From positions 2,124 through 66,123 of the IMG/VR virus record IMGVR_UViG_3300033180_000001: a stretch of 64,000 bases of DNA. One strand, given 5' to 3'. Both the position numbers and the translations under genes were made by a program. This document shows positions 26,349 through 36,240 of this stretch, one piece after another (positions within the stretch are counted from its first letter, which is position 1; each line of letters begins with the position of its first letter). This DNA is from a virus. Lineage: Duplodnaviria; Caudoviricetes. A model generated the notes under the pieces. That model saw nothing but the letters and a program-made list of their open reading frames with translations, searched no databases and was not told the origin of the DNA.

Positions 26349-29300
26349 GCGTGTCTGCCAATACAGGCTTTGAGCTCGTTCAGGGTCTTCAGGCGTGCAT
26401 CCAGGTCGCGCATCGCCTTTGCGGCGGCAAGTTTAAGCGTAGCCGTCTGGCCCGTGTCTGCAATCTGGACAGGGCGCACCACATCGCGGTCTTCGAAGGC
26501 CTTGTAGTCCTGGGCAAAGGCTTCTTTGTCGGACAGTTTGCGCGTGACCGGCGTGGGCGGTTGGGCTGGTGGTGCGGTGGCTGCGACTTCCGGTTTTGCC
26601 TCCACAGATGGGGCAGCCGTGTCCACTTTCGCCGTGGCGTTTGCAGCCTCTTTCTCGGCGCGCTTTCGCTCCAGGAACGCGTCCGACGTGGCAGAGCCTG
26701 GCGTGCTGGCTTTCACACGCGAATCCGCCGGCTTGGGCGCGGCCGCGCTCGGAGCGTTAGCCGGCGCGGCTTCCAGCGCGGCCGCGCTTTGCTTTGGCGC
26801 CTCGAAGTACCGCGCGCGGCGCCCGAACGCGCCCGAGTCCTTCACGATCTGAAGCGCCGCGGCGTCGCTGGTGCCGGCCGGGATCTGCACTGGCGTGCCT
26901 TGCTCAAAGTCCAGCACCTCGTGGCCGTCGTGCCAGGCCGTGCTGCTGCCGTCCTTGTTGGGACGCAGCTCGAGCGGTTTGGCGCTGTTGGGCATCGGCC
27001 CGACGAGTGCGATCGCGCGGGCTACTGGCTTGGCGTCTCCACCGGCATCTCGAACAGGTTCAGCCGTTCGGCCGCCGGCCACAGGCGCCGCGGCAGCGCC
27101 TCCACGTCGCTGGTCGCCGTCAGCGCCAGGTCCCAGATTTCCGCGGCTTCCGGCAGGCTCAGCGCTCCGGCCAGCACCGCCTCCTGCAGGTTCTCCGGCA
27201 ATTGGCTGTACGTTAGGCTGTGCGGGTCCATAGGGCTTGGTCGTGTCGCCGGTGGCGATCCAGTTCTTGAGGTCAGCGATCGGCGCAGCGTGAATGCCGC
27301 CCAGACCGCCCCAGCCCTGATGGTAGTTCGCGTGGTAGGCGTCGCGCGCCTCCTCGATGCTGTCGAAGCCCAGCATTACCTTGTGTTCGTCTGGCTGGCC
27401 GGTGGCCGGGTCGATCTGGTCGACCACGAACGCGGTGCCGTTGAAGTCGGTGGGCGTGCCGGGCTTGATGAACGTGTCGATGTGCTCGCCATCCTGGCCG
27501 ATCGTGCCGCGGATGTAGCCGTAGTGGTGCTTGAGGTCGTTGCTCCAGACCTTGCCGTCGGCGCCCACACCGCTGCGCGTGCTGCCCTCGGGGTTCTCGA
27601 CGCTGATGTCCAGACCCGCGACCTTGACGTGGCCCTTCTGATAATTGCCAGCCTCTTTCTGCGCATCGGTCGGCTCGGGCAGGTCGTTGGTCGGCGAGTG
27701 CGCGGCCTGGTGCGCCGCCTCGTCGATGCTCGGGCCGGTCGCGGTGCTGGGCTCGGACAATCCGGTCAGATCCTCTTCGGCCGTTGCTTCACGTGAAACA
27801 ATCTCCTTTGGTTCACCCGGTACTGTTGACGGTTGCGCGGCCTTCTCGGCATCCTTGGCCTTGGCCTCGATCACCTTGGGATCGTCGATCGGGCCTGCGG
27901 TCAGCACGTCCACGGCGTGCTGCTCGACGGGCTTGGCCACCAGGTTGCGCTTCTGCAGCGCGCCGGTCAGTTTGGCCAGGAACGGGCCCACGTCGGCTGC
28001 CGGCATGCCCTTGGCGACCTCAGTTGCGCGCTTCACCGCCTCGGGGTCCATGCCGTACTGCGCGGCCACGGCGTTGAAGATGCCGACAGTCTTCGCGCGC
28101 TGCGCGTCGGGCGCGTCAGTGGTGTAGGGCGGGGTGACGTGCAGGCCGGCCAGCTTGGCACTGTCGTAGGCTGCCACGGCGTCGGCGCGCTGGTAGGTGC
28201 CTTTGAGCGCGGCCGGTGCACCCATCAGGGCGGTCTGACCGATGGTCTGCACCGCGGTGTCAGCGGCCTGCTCAAGGTAGTCGGCCAGCGTCGCCTTCGG
28301 GTTCTTGGCAGCGGGGCCGTACTTGTCGGCCAGGAACTCGATCGCGGTGGTCAGCTCCTCGCCCGGGATCTCTTTCATCATCTCGGTGGCCAGCACGCGG
28401 CCGAGCTCGTGTGAGCCCAGTTGCTTCTTGCCCACCGCGGCGCGCAGCACCGCCATCTGCTCGTGGAAGCCGAAACGCTCGCCCAGCACCTCGGCAGCGC
28501 CGAAGATGCCGGCGCGCGCGGCCGACTCGCCCGGGTCGAAGCCCGAGTTGCGGCTATCGGCGTACTCCTGGCCAGCAGTCTGGGTGAACAGCGCCTTCAT
28601 CGCGTTGTCGCGCGCCTTGTTCGCTGCGACTGTGGCCACCGCCTTGCCGCCGGCAATCTCAGCAGCCCCGGGCAGGCCAAAGGCGATCACCGGGATGTTC
28701 TGGGCCACGCTGTTGAAGACGTTGCCCACCAGCTTGGTGTAGTAGTCGCCACCTTGGCCCTGCACAGCATCACCGAACTGGTCGGCGATGCGCGCCTGGC
28801 CCAGCGAGAAGTCGCGGACGGCCTCGGCGCCCGGCAAGCCAGCCTTGTCGGCCAGATCGGCAGCACCAGCCACCATGCCTGGCACGACCTTGGCGATGCT
28901 GGACAGACCCGAGAGCGTGCCCTCGACCGCCGCGGCCGGCACACCGCTGCCCAGCGCGCGGCGGATGTTGCCGCCCACCACGGCAGGCATTGGTGAGTTC
29001 TGGATCGTGTCGCGCGGATCGCCGCCGACTCGTGGCTGATCTTTGGGCTTGGCGTTGGAGCCGTAGTTCGCCTGATACTCGGCATCGGACATCGTGCCGG
29101 AACGTGGCCCGAGGTCAGCACTGGGCTGATCCAGCACCGATGCTGTTTCCGGGGCGACGGCCGGCGTGTCGCGCTGGCGCTGCACCGCTTGGCGCGCGCT
29201 GCGCACGGAAGCCAGCCCCGCCGCTGGGCCCTCGGCGTTCTGGGGGAAGTGCGATTCGACTGACACGCCAGCATCGCGGCCTGCTGATGGCTTGACGTCG

Positions 29301-29434
29301 GCCGGCAGCGGCTTGCGCGCCTGCTCGGTCCTGATGCGATCTGTCTGTTCGCGGGCGACCCGCTCGATCACGTGGTCGGGCGTGCCGTCCTCGAATTGCA
29401 GCTGGGTGCCATCAAACAGCTCTGCGGTCGGCAT
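26345..29434 (-). CDS. internal virion/ejection protein with inorganic pyrophosphatase-like (InPase) domain
   Basis: PTDAQKEAGNYQKGHV...ENP.GS.RSG...HYGYIRGT.G.DGEHID.F...DEHKVMLGF...AY..NY. Confidence 0.85.
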   Translation of the reverse strand: MPTAELFDGTQLQFEDGTPDHVIERVAREQTDRIRTEQARKPLPADVKPSAGRDAGVSVESHFPQNAEGPAAGLASVRSARQAVQRQRDTPAVAPETASVLDQPSADLGPRSGTMSDAEYQANYGSNAKPKDQPRVGGDPRDTIQNSPMPAVVGGNIRRALGSGVPAAAVEGTLSGLSSIAKVVPGMVAGAADLADKAGLPGAEAVRDFSLGQARIADQFGDAVQGQGGDYYTKLVGNVFNSVAQNIPVIAFGLPGAAEIAGGKAVATVAANKARDNAMKALFTQTAGQEYADSRNSGFDPGESAARAGIFGAAEVLGERFGFHEQMAVLRAAVGKKQLGSHELGRVLATEMMKEIPGEELTTAIEFLADKYGPAAKNPKATLADYLEQAADTAVQTIGQTALMGAPAALKGTYQRADAVAAYDSAKLAGLHVTPPYTTDAPDAQRAKTVGIFNAVAAQYGMDPEAVKRATEVAKGMPAADVGPFLAKLTGALQKRNLVAKPVEQHAVDVLTAGPIDDPKVIEAKAKDAEKAAQPSTVPGEPKEIVSREATAEEDLTGLSEPSTATGPSIDEAAHQAAHSPTNDLPEPTDAQKEAGNYQKGHVKVAGLDISVENPEGSTRSGVGADGKVWSNDLKHHYGYIRGTIGQDGEHIDTFIKPGTPTDFNGTAFVVDQIDPATGQPDEHKVMLGFDSIEEARDAYHANYHQGWGGLGGIHAAPIADLKNWIATGDTTKPYGPAQPNVQPIAGEPAGGGAGRSAEPAGSRGNLGPGADGDQRRGGAAAAPVAGGRTAEPVRDAGGDAKPVARAIALVGPMPNSAKPLELRPNKDGSSTAWHDGHEVLDFEQGTPVQIPAGTSDAAALQIVKDSGAFGRRARYFEAPKQSAAALEAAPANAPSAAAPKPADSRVKASTPGSATSDAFLERKRAEKEAANATAKVDTAAPSVEAKPEVAATAPPAQPPTPVTRKLSDKEAFAQDYKAFEDRDVVRPVQIADTGQTATLKLAAAKAMRDLDARLKTLNELKACIGRHA

Positions 29435-31428
29435 CAGGGGCTCACTCGTTGGCCGTTCTTGTCGAACTTGAGCACTAGGCCAGGCTTGGTGCCAGATGCA
29501 GGCGTTGATGCAGTGCCGCCAGGGCGCCGCGCCGCGCCAAGGCCTTGCACGCGCCCCAGTTCGCGCTCCAGTGCCGCTACATCGCCGCGTTTGCGCTCCA
29601 CGGCGTTCGGATCAGCGTCGGTGTTCTTGACGGTAGCGAGCCCCTGCCGAGCCTTGTCCAACTCGTCAGACAGGATGCGCGCCGCATCCTTGTCGCGCGC
29701 CTTCTGGTCGGCTGGATCGACCTTGGTGCTGCTTGCGCGGGTTTCGCCGCTGGCAGTGCGCGCGGCGCCGAGACCAGCGGCAGGCGCTGGTGCGCTGTCG
29801 GCAGCGTCTGCTGCATCCAGCTGGTCGTTGATCTTCTTCATGCGGAGTTTCAAGTCCGCCTCGTCCGAATCAAGGGCCTTGATCTTGGCGTCGTAGATGG
29901 CCTTGGCGTCGGCCTTGGTCTTCTTGTCGAACTCGTCCTTGATCGCGGCCTGGTACTCGTGCAGCGCGTGCGTGCGCTTGCTGTCGACCTCGATCCGTGC
30001 ATCCTTGGCGGCCTGCAGCTGACGGCCCAGCTTTCGGTCGGCCGTGCGCGCATCGCCATTCGCACCAGTGCCGCCTCGAGCCGTGCTGGGCTTGATGCCG
30101 GACAGGATGGCCTTGCGCTGTTCGGCCTTCTGGTCTTCGGACAGGTTGGGGTCGTCGTTGACCTCGCGCAGCTTGGTCTCCATCGTGGAATCGCCCGTGC
30201 CGCGCGCCTGGCGCGTCGCGAAGTCGGACTTGAGCTGCGCCCCTTCCTCTTCGCTCATCACGCCCTGGTCGACCTGCTTGTCGATGCCGTCCGAGAAGAG
30301 GGTGAGCTTGTCCGCCTGGTTCACCTTGTTGTTGCCCTGAATGCTGCTCTGGCTGACCACCGCACCGGTGCGCGCGTTGGTGACAGTGCGCTGCAGCGTG
30401 CCGCCAGCTGGGATGACGGTCTCCTTGACGCTGACCTTGGGCTGCGGCGATACACCGACCTGCGACAGCGCGGTCAGGTACTGCTGTGGGTCGAACTGCT
30501 GGGCGGATTGCTGGTCCTGCTGCAGCTTGGCCAGGCCCTCGGGCTGGTTCAGCAGCTCGGCCACGTGCAGATTGTGGCCAACGAAGTCCATCACGTCCTT
30601 GATGCCGAGTGCCTTCACCTTGGCGTCGGGCGCGCTGCTGCGGCCCTCGGTCAGCGGCGCATCGTAGTGGCCGGTGGCGCCGCCCTTGTCCGGGTCACCC
30701 GGACCGGTGAAGCCATCCTTCTTGACGTACACGCGCAGCACCGGGATGAACTTCGGATCGTTCGGGTCGCCGCCGGGCGCGGGCACGATGTTGACGATTT
30801 CCTTCTTCACGATCTTGCCGCCGTGCGGACTGGTCTCGCCGATGCCGACGTTCAGCTTGGGGCCGAACAGCACATTGGCGCCGGCCACCACCTTGGCCTG
30901 ATCGCCGCCCTGGATGCCTTCCAGCATGGCCTGGCCGGCCTGCTCGATCGGCGACGGTTTGTCGCCATCGCGGAGATAGACCGATGGGTTCTGGCCGGTG
31001 CCCACGGTGATCGCGCGCGTCAGGTTCTGTACCTTGGACACGTCGCCGGTGTTCAGTGTGGCCAGATCGATGTCGGCCGCCTTCTTGGCGTCGGCCACGT
31101 ACCCCGACATCTTCGACAGCTGATCGCTCTTGGCTTTGCGCAGACCTTGCACGCGTCCAGCGAAGTCAGCCTGAGCTTGCGGGGAGGGCGCTGTCTCCGC
31201 GTTGACCATGCCCTGACCTTCTTGCGTCAGATCCTGCTGCTGCTGGTTGAGAGCGCCCAGCGTGTCGGCGTTGGTCTGACGCGTGATGTTGCGCTGCCGA
31301 TCCTCGGCCTGCATTGCATCTTGCGTGTCCTGCCGGGCCATCTGGCGGCGCTGATTCGCGATGCCGAGACCGAGACTCAGACCGCTCTCAAGGCCGTTCG
31401 ATATTGCTTCACCGACACTGCGGGCCAT
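29434..31428 (-). CDS. internal virion (ejection) protein
   Basis: 664 aa, Q/A/G-rich helical, between tail and polyvalent genes. Confidence 0.7.
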   Translation of the reverse strand: MARSVGEAISNGLESGLSLGLGIANQRRQMARQDTQDAMQAEDRQRNITRQTNADTLGALNQQQQDLTQEGQGMVNAETAPSPQAQADFAGRVQGLRKAKSDQLSKMSGYVADAKKAADIDLATLNTGDVSKVQNLTRAITVGTGQNPSVYLRDGDKPSPIEQAGQAMLEGIQGGDQAKVVAGANVLFGPKLNVGIGETSPHGGKIVKKEIVNIVPAPGGDPNDPKFIPVLRVYVKKDGFTGPGDPDKGGATGHYDAPLTEGRSSAPDAKVKALGIKDVMDFVGHNLHVAELLNQPEGLAKLQQDQQSAQQFDPQQYLTALSQVGVSPQPKVSVKETVIPAGGTLQRTVTNARTGAVVSQSSIQGNNKVNQADKLTLFSDGIDKQVDQGVMSEEEGAQLKSDFATRQARGTGDSTMETKLREVNDDPNLSEDQKAEQRKAILSGIKPSTARGGTGANGDARTADRKLGRQLQAAKDARIEVDSKRTHALHEYQAAIKDEFDKKTKADAKAIYDAKIKALDSDEADLKLRMKKINDQLDAADAADSAPAPAAGLGAARTASGETRASSTKVDPADQKARDKDAARILSDELDKARQGLATVKNTDADPNAVERKRGDVAALERELGRVQGLGAARRPGGTASTPASGTKPGLVLKFDKNGQRVSP

Positions 31429-31440
31429 GGTGCTCTCCGT

Positions 31441-31740
31441 TCAAAGGTTGTAGCCGGCGATCGCGCCGACAGCCGCACCGGCGAGTGCGCCCCACGGCCC
31501 GAAGGCAGCCCCTGCGGCAGCACCGCCAATGGTCGAGCCCATCTGGCTGTTTCCGGACTTGCGCTGGGTCTCGATCTGTTCGTTGGCCTGGTTGCGCTTG
31601 GCCTCTTCCTCGGCCGACTGCGCGAGCATGTCCATGCCCATGCGCTTCTGGCTGGCGCCGAGGCCCAGTAGCGTGGTTCGACTACCGGCGCCGGCTCTTG
31701 GCACGCCAATAGTGTCACCATAGGTGCCGTAGTCGCTCAT
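31441..31740 (-). CDS. small internal virion protein with Gly-zipper
   Basis: GGAAAGAAFGPWGALAGAAVGAIAG C-terminus. Confidence 0.7.
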   Translation of the reverse strand: MSDYGTYGDTIGVPRAGAGSRTTLLGLGASQKRMGMDMLAQSAEEEAKRNQANEQIETQRKSGNSQMGSTIGGAAAGAAFGPWGALAGAAVGAIAGYNL

Positions 31741-32210
31741 CCCAGTGCTCCCTTCAAAGGACTGACGTTCGCACCGCCAATGATGGCCTGCTGCCGGGCC
31801 ATGGTGACATCGCGGGCAGAGTTCTGGGCGCCGACATCGGCCAGCGAGCGCGACAGGCCCTCACTGCGCGTCACCGCGGCCTGCTCGTCAGGCGCCAAGC
31901 TCAGGCCGAGTCCACTGAGGCGGCGCTGGTTGTTCACCGACTGCCGATCGAATGCGCCCGTCACGTCGCTGCTGGCCTCGCTCATGGCGTTCTTGACCGT
32001 GTCGGGGTTGGTTGCATAGTCGATCAGCTTGTTCTCTTGCGGCACGCCGATCGTGTTCATGTAGTCGAACCAACTGCGCTTTGTCAGCGAGGCATAGAGG
32101 TCTTGCGCCGAAGTGTCTGGCGCATCGTCGCCGTTCCCGCGCAGCTTTGGGCCAAGCCACTGGCGCATCGGCGCGTCAGGGTTCCACAGGTACTCCGAGG
32201 AATTGCTCAT
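31737..32210 (-). CDS. internal virion protein
   Basis: helical, operon-coupled. Confidence 0.7.
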   Translation of the reverse strand: MSNSSEYLWNPDAPMRQWLGPKLRGNGDDAPDTSAQDLYASLTKRSWFDYMNTIGVPQENKLIDYATNPDTVKNAMSEASSDVTGAFDRQSVNNQRRLSGLGLSLAPDEQAAVTRSEGLSRSLADVGAQNSARDVTMARQQAIIGGANVSPLKGALG

Positions 32211-32866
32211 GTCCAACCCCTTCGCGTGTTGAGAGTGCCGATCGGGTCGTTCGACGCATTGGCCGCGCCGAGGTCCTGAGGCGTCACGGCAGACCCGCCG
32301 CCACCCATCCACAACCCGGCACCCGTGCCGACGATCTTGCTGGCAAGCCCGGAGTACCCCGCGCGCTCGTTCAGCGATTGCTCGGCCGCTGCAGTGGCTT
32401 GCTGCCCACTCAGTGCGGCCTGCTGTCCCATCGCATTGATGGTGTCGGCCTTGTCGCCCTTGGCGATCGACGTGATGGCCTTGTAGTTGTTGATGCTCGA
32501 GTCGTCGACGGCTTGATCCGCAGCAACCGACCCCAGGCCCGTCGCCGTGGCCTCGTCGTTGCCCATGCTGGTGATGCCGAGCTTCTGCTTGGCAGAGCCG
32601 ACGGCACCGTTCGCCGATGCCAATCCCAGCGCCTTCCCCTGTGCTTGATCGAATCGCACGGAGTTGTCGGTGCCGGCCGCCGTGGTCGCGGCGCGGCGCT
32701 CACGCGAGCCAGCCAGCATGGCCTTGTCGGTGTTCTCCGAGAAGCGCGTGAGCTGCGGCATCCAGCGCGTGCGCCAGTCCTGAATCTGCTGGTTGGCGAT
32801 GTTGAGCTTGGCCTTTTGCTGGGCCGTCTGCTCGACTTGTCCGCTTCCTTGACCCATTGACATCAC
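32207..32866 (-). CDS. internal virion protein
   Basis: A/G/Q-rich, operon-coupled. Confidence 0.7.
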   Translation of the reverse strand: MMSMGQGSGQVEQTAQQKAKLNIANQQIQDWRTRWMPQLTRFSENTDKAMLAGSRERRAATTAAGTDNSVRFDQAQGKALGLASANGAVGSAKQKLGITSMGNDEATATGLGSVAADQAVDDSSINNYKAITSIAKGDKADTINAMGQQAALSGQQATAAAEQSLNERAGYSGLASKIVGTGAGLWMGGGGSAVTPQDLGAANASNDPIGTLNTRRGWT

Positions 32867-33243
32867 ACGCCCCTTTCAAAAACGTTGCCAGCGCATCGGC
32901 GCCACTCCGGGCCCAGGACCCGCAGCCACCCGGCCCGCTTCGATCCGAAAGCCAGACTGCTGGCGCCCATGTCTCTTGCGATCTGGACCATGGCGGGCTC
33001 GCTGCGCTTGAAGGCGCCCCAGTTGCCGAAGCCGATGGCCAGCAGCACGAATGCCCGCATTGTCGCTCCGGTATCGGGTTGCAGGGCGATCGACACGATG
33101 CCGTCAGGCGATTCGAGGCACACGGCGTTTGGGGCTGTGGCCTCTTCGATCGCTTCGGCATGGATGCGCGCGCGTCCCGTGGCCGGCATGCGGGCCCATG
33201 CGCTCTCGAAGTCCACCAGGACAAATTCGGTGCCGCAAATCAT
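32863..33243 (-). CDS. GNAT-like protein preceding ejection proteins
   Basis: ARDMGASSLAF.SKRAGW.RVL motif typical of podophage GNAT-fold genes at this position. Confidence 0.55.
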   Translation of the reverse strand: MICGTEFVLVDFESAWARMPATGRARIHAEAIEEATAPNAVCLESPDGIVSIALQPDTGATMRAFVLLAIGFGNWGAFKRSEPAMVQIARDMGASSLAFGSKRAGWLRVLGPEWRRCAGNVFERGV

Positions 33244-33911
33244 GACGCTTCCATGATTCCGTCGGCCTCGTCGCCGCCCCAGTGGAAACCGTCATCGAAC
33301 CCGGGCGGGAAGGACTGCGGCGCGCTCGGGATCGGCGTCGCGTCGATCAGTTGCATGATCAGGTCGAGCTCCACGTCCACCCACCAGTCGTACACGTCAA
33401 GGTCGAGATAGGACAACTGCGCTGGCGCGTTGGCGCTCAGCAGCGGCTCGATGAACTCGGTGGGTGCGTCCTGGTCGGTGTCGGTCCACCAATCGTAGCT
33501 ATCGTTACCGCCGAAGGCGATTGGCACCGGGTCGGGCGTGGGCACCAAACTGATGATCGGATTGCCTGAGAAGCCATCAGGGTAGGTGATGAAGATGCCA
33601 GGGCCAGGCTGCAGCACGCGAGAGGTCACCACACCGTCGCGGATCACCAGCAGGCCGTTGCTGACCGCCAGGATCGCGTTGATCAGCGCCAGCGCGTTGG
33701 TGCCGTCGGTGTTCGATCTGTTGTCGGACTGCTGATTGATCTGCTGCTGCAGCAGGGTGATGGCTTTGCTGACGTTGCCGGCGTCCAGCTGCAGGCGCAG
33801 ATTGGCCAGGTCGGCCTCGAGCGCGACGAATCTCTCTCTGATGTTGTTGATCGTCTGTTCGAGGCCTGGCGGTAGGCCGCGTGGTGGCTGGACGGCAGGC
33901 TTGAGGGCCAT
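33240..33911 (-). CDS. tail-associated protein with coiled coil and C-terminal acidic Trp repeats
   Basis: DSYDWW, DVYDWW, DGFHW repeats at 33240-33540. Confidence 0.7.
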   Translation of the reverse strand: MALKPAVQPPRGLPPGLEQTINNIRERFVALEADLANLRLQLDAGNVSKAITLLQQQINQQSDNRSNTDGTNALALINAILAVSNGLLVIRDGVVTSRVLQPGPGIFITYPDGFSGNPIISLVPTPDPVPIAFGGNDSYDWWTDTDQDAPTEFIEPLLSANAPAQLSYLDLDVYDWWVDVELDLIMQLIDATPIPSAPQSFPPGFDDGFHWGGDEADGIMEAS

Positions 33912-33912
33912 G

Positions 33913-36240
33913 TCAGTCCAACTCAGCAACCGTCTGTGCGATCTGCGGGGTACGACTACGCGACGTGCCTACCAGCTCCAGCTCGTAGCTTGAATACACG
34001 GTCAGACCCGGGATGCGGAAGGCGTTGGCCGACACCACACGAACTGCATAGATCAGCGCGCCGTCGGCGTACACGCGTAGCACCAAGTTGCTGAACTCCT
34101 CGGCCTCTACCTTGGCGAAGTGGAAGGTGGTCTCGTACGGCATCAGGTTCAGCTTGCCGCGCCACTGGAAGCGGATGCGGTTGGTGGCGTGCGCATCGAA
34201 CTGGAAGATGGTCAGCGGGCTGGCAGTCACCGCGGTGCTGGCGATCGGCAGCAGGGCCTCGACCGGCTCACTGTTCACGTCGAGCACCAGATAGAGCGCG
34301 TCCAGCTCTGGGTCCACGTAGCTGGCCAGGATGTGGTGGCTCAGGCGGATCAGCCCGAACCCGCCGGTCTTGGTGTCGAGCGCGTAGCCGCTGTCGGGGT
34401 TGGTCCCATCGAACCAGAAGAACAGCACGCCGTCGTACACCGCCGCGATCATGCTGCTCGGGTTCAGCGCCTCCCACTGCTGTTTCGTGAAGATGCTCTC
34501 GGTTGCGTTGCGCACGTTGCCCGCACTGCCCGCACAGACCTGGATGCCATCGGGTGAGGGGAAGCACACACCGTAGCCATCGACATAGATGGTGCCGCGC
34601 TTGGCCACGCAACTCTGCGCCTCGCCCGGCTGGCTCATCGAGTACGTGCCGGGCTCATTGCCTGCCGCGGTGTAGACGAAGGCCTTGGTGGTCACCACGA
34701 TCACGTTGTCGATGTTCTTGATCGAGACGATGTCGGTGTCGGTGGTCAGTCGGAAGCCCACCGGCCACGCGTGCGGATAGCCCTGTGCCGAGAAGCACAG
34801 TTGGTTGCGGAAGAACCCAGCCATGCAGTTGTTAGGCAGCGCGATGATGCCTTGCAGCGTAGGCGGCGGCAGATCCCAGTCGCTTGAGGGCAACGGCGTG
34901 CCGGGAGTGCTGATCACGCTGTCGTCGAGCACGTCCACGTAGTCGGCCTGCGCCAGTGGTGTCTCGTCGACGAGCAGGTAGACCGTTCCGCTCGCACCGG
35001 TCACTGCGCGATAGATCACCTTGGTGTCGATGCCGTACAGCGGGTCGTAGGGTGTGGTCGTGGGTGTGGTGACGGTCACCGAGACACCATCAGGGCGCAG
35101 CACGGTCACGCTGGCCGGGCTGGGCGCGCTCTCCCAGTCGTTCGCGCCTCTGTACGTGTAGACGTAGCTGGTGGCTGTGTTGACGACGACAGCAGGGTTC
35201 AGAGAACCCGAGCCAGTCACCACGATGTTGTCGTAGCGCGTGGCCTGCGCATTCGTGGAACGTGCAGTGAGGCCGAAGAACCCGCCCTTGGCGAAGGACT
35301 GCTTGAGCGTGAGCGAAGCGACCTCGACCGCGCCGTTCAGGATGGTGGCAACTGCCGTGGTCGTGCCATCCTCGTTCGTCGTCGTGGTCACGCGCATCGT
35401 GTACCAGGTCTCGCTGGTCATGATGCCGATGTGCGACAAAGTGGTGGCGGCCCACTCGTCCTCCCAGTTGATGCCCGAGCCAATCTGGAACAGCGAGTCG
35501 GCGCCGTTGGTGTTGATCTGCACGCGGATGCCGCTGCCAGCCGAATCGTTGCCGATCGCGAAGCCGCACTGGTGGTTCCCGTCCCCGAGCTCGAACCAAA
35601 AATCGCAGTTGAACGTCGTTGAAGAGCTGTCCGCGGTGCCGAAGTCCCGATGTCCCCATACCGTCGCATGGTCCTCATAGAGGCGGTAGCACGGCGCTGG
35701 ATTGCCGAAGCCGGCTTCTTGCGTGAACTCGCGTACACCAGGCAGCAGGCCCACAACAGTCCACGAAGCAGCGAGGTTGCTGCCATCGTCGGTCACGTTG
35801 ACCGCGGTGTCGGCTGCCGGGTTCACGGTCACGACCAGCGTGGGCGCCACGGTCGGGCCCGGCATGCCCAGCGGACGCGTGACGACTGGATAGGGCTCAG
35901 CGCCGCCGGTGGCCAGCGCGTACGTGGTGTACTGCGGCACCGCGTAGAGCGCTGGGCAGGTTAGGAAGGTGAAGTAGCTGGCATCGCCAGGAATCAGGCC
36001 GCGCGCGACGTCGACCTGCTCTTTCCAGCTGAGCCACGCGCCATTGAGCTTGTAGATGGTCTTGACCGGCGCGCTCGGCGTGAAGGCGCTGAGCACCTTG
36101 ATCTGAACGAACTGCCGCCAGGCCTCGAGGTCAGTGGTCTGCAGCCGCGCGTTGGTGGCGTTCTGCGCGAGCTCGTTGGGCAGGTTGCGCGGGCTGAGCC
36201 GTGGCGCCTCTCCTTTGAATGTCTGAATGTCGATCTTCAT
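33913..36240 (-). CDS. tail nozzle/stabilisation protein (P22 gp10/T7 gp12-like) with inserted lectin-like domain
   Basis: FKGEAPRLSPRNLP...ESAPSP...LCFS...PHAWP...CVAKR...YDGVLF; 775 aa. Confidence 0.75.
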   Translation of the reverse strand: MKIDIQTFKGEAPRLSPRNLPNELAQNATNARLQTTDLEAWRQFVQIKVLSAFTPSAPVKTIYKLNGAWLSWKEQVDVARGLIPGDASYFTFLTCPALYAVPQYTTYALATGGAEPYPVVTRPLGMPGPTVAPTLVVTVNPAADTAVNVTDDGSNLAASWTVVGLLPGVREFTQEAGFGNPAPCYRLYEDHATVWGHRDFGTADSSSTTFNCDFWFELGDGNHQCGFAIGNDSAGSGIRVQINTNGADSLFQIGSGINWEDEWAATTLSHIGIMTSETWYTMRVTTTTNEDGTTTAVATILNGAVEVASLTLKQSFAKGGFFGLTARSTNAQATRYDNIVVTGSGSLNPAVVVNTATSYVYTYRGANDWESAPSPASVTVLRPDGVSVTVTTPTTTPYDPLYGIDTKVIYRAVTGASGTVYLLVDETPLAQADYVDVLDDSVISTPGTPLPSSDWDLPPPTLQGIIALPNNCMAGFFRNQLCFSAQGYPHAWPVGFRLTTDTDIVSIKNIDNVIVVTTKAFVYTAAGNEPGTYSMSQPGEAQSCVAKRGTIYVDGYGVCFPSPDGIQVCAGSAGNVRNATESIFTKQQWEALNPSSMIAAVYDGVLFFWFDGTNPDSGYALDTKTGGFGLIRLSHHILASYVDPELDALYLVLDVNSEPVEALLPIASTAVTASPLTIFQFDAHATNRIRFQWRGKLNLMPYETTFHFAKVEAEEFSNLVLRVYADGALIYAVRVVSANAFRIPGLTVYSSYELELVGTSRSRTPQIAQTVAELD

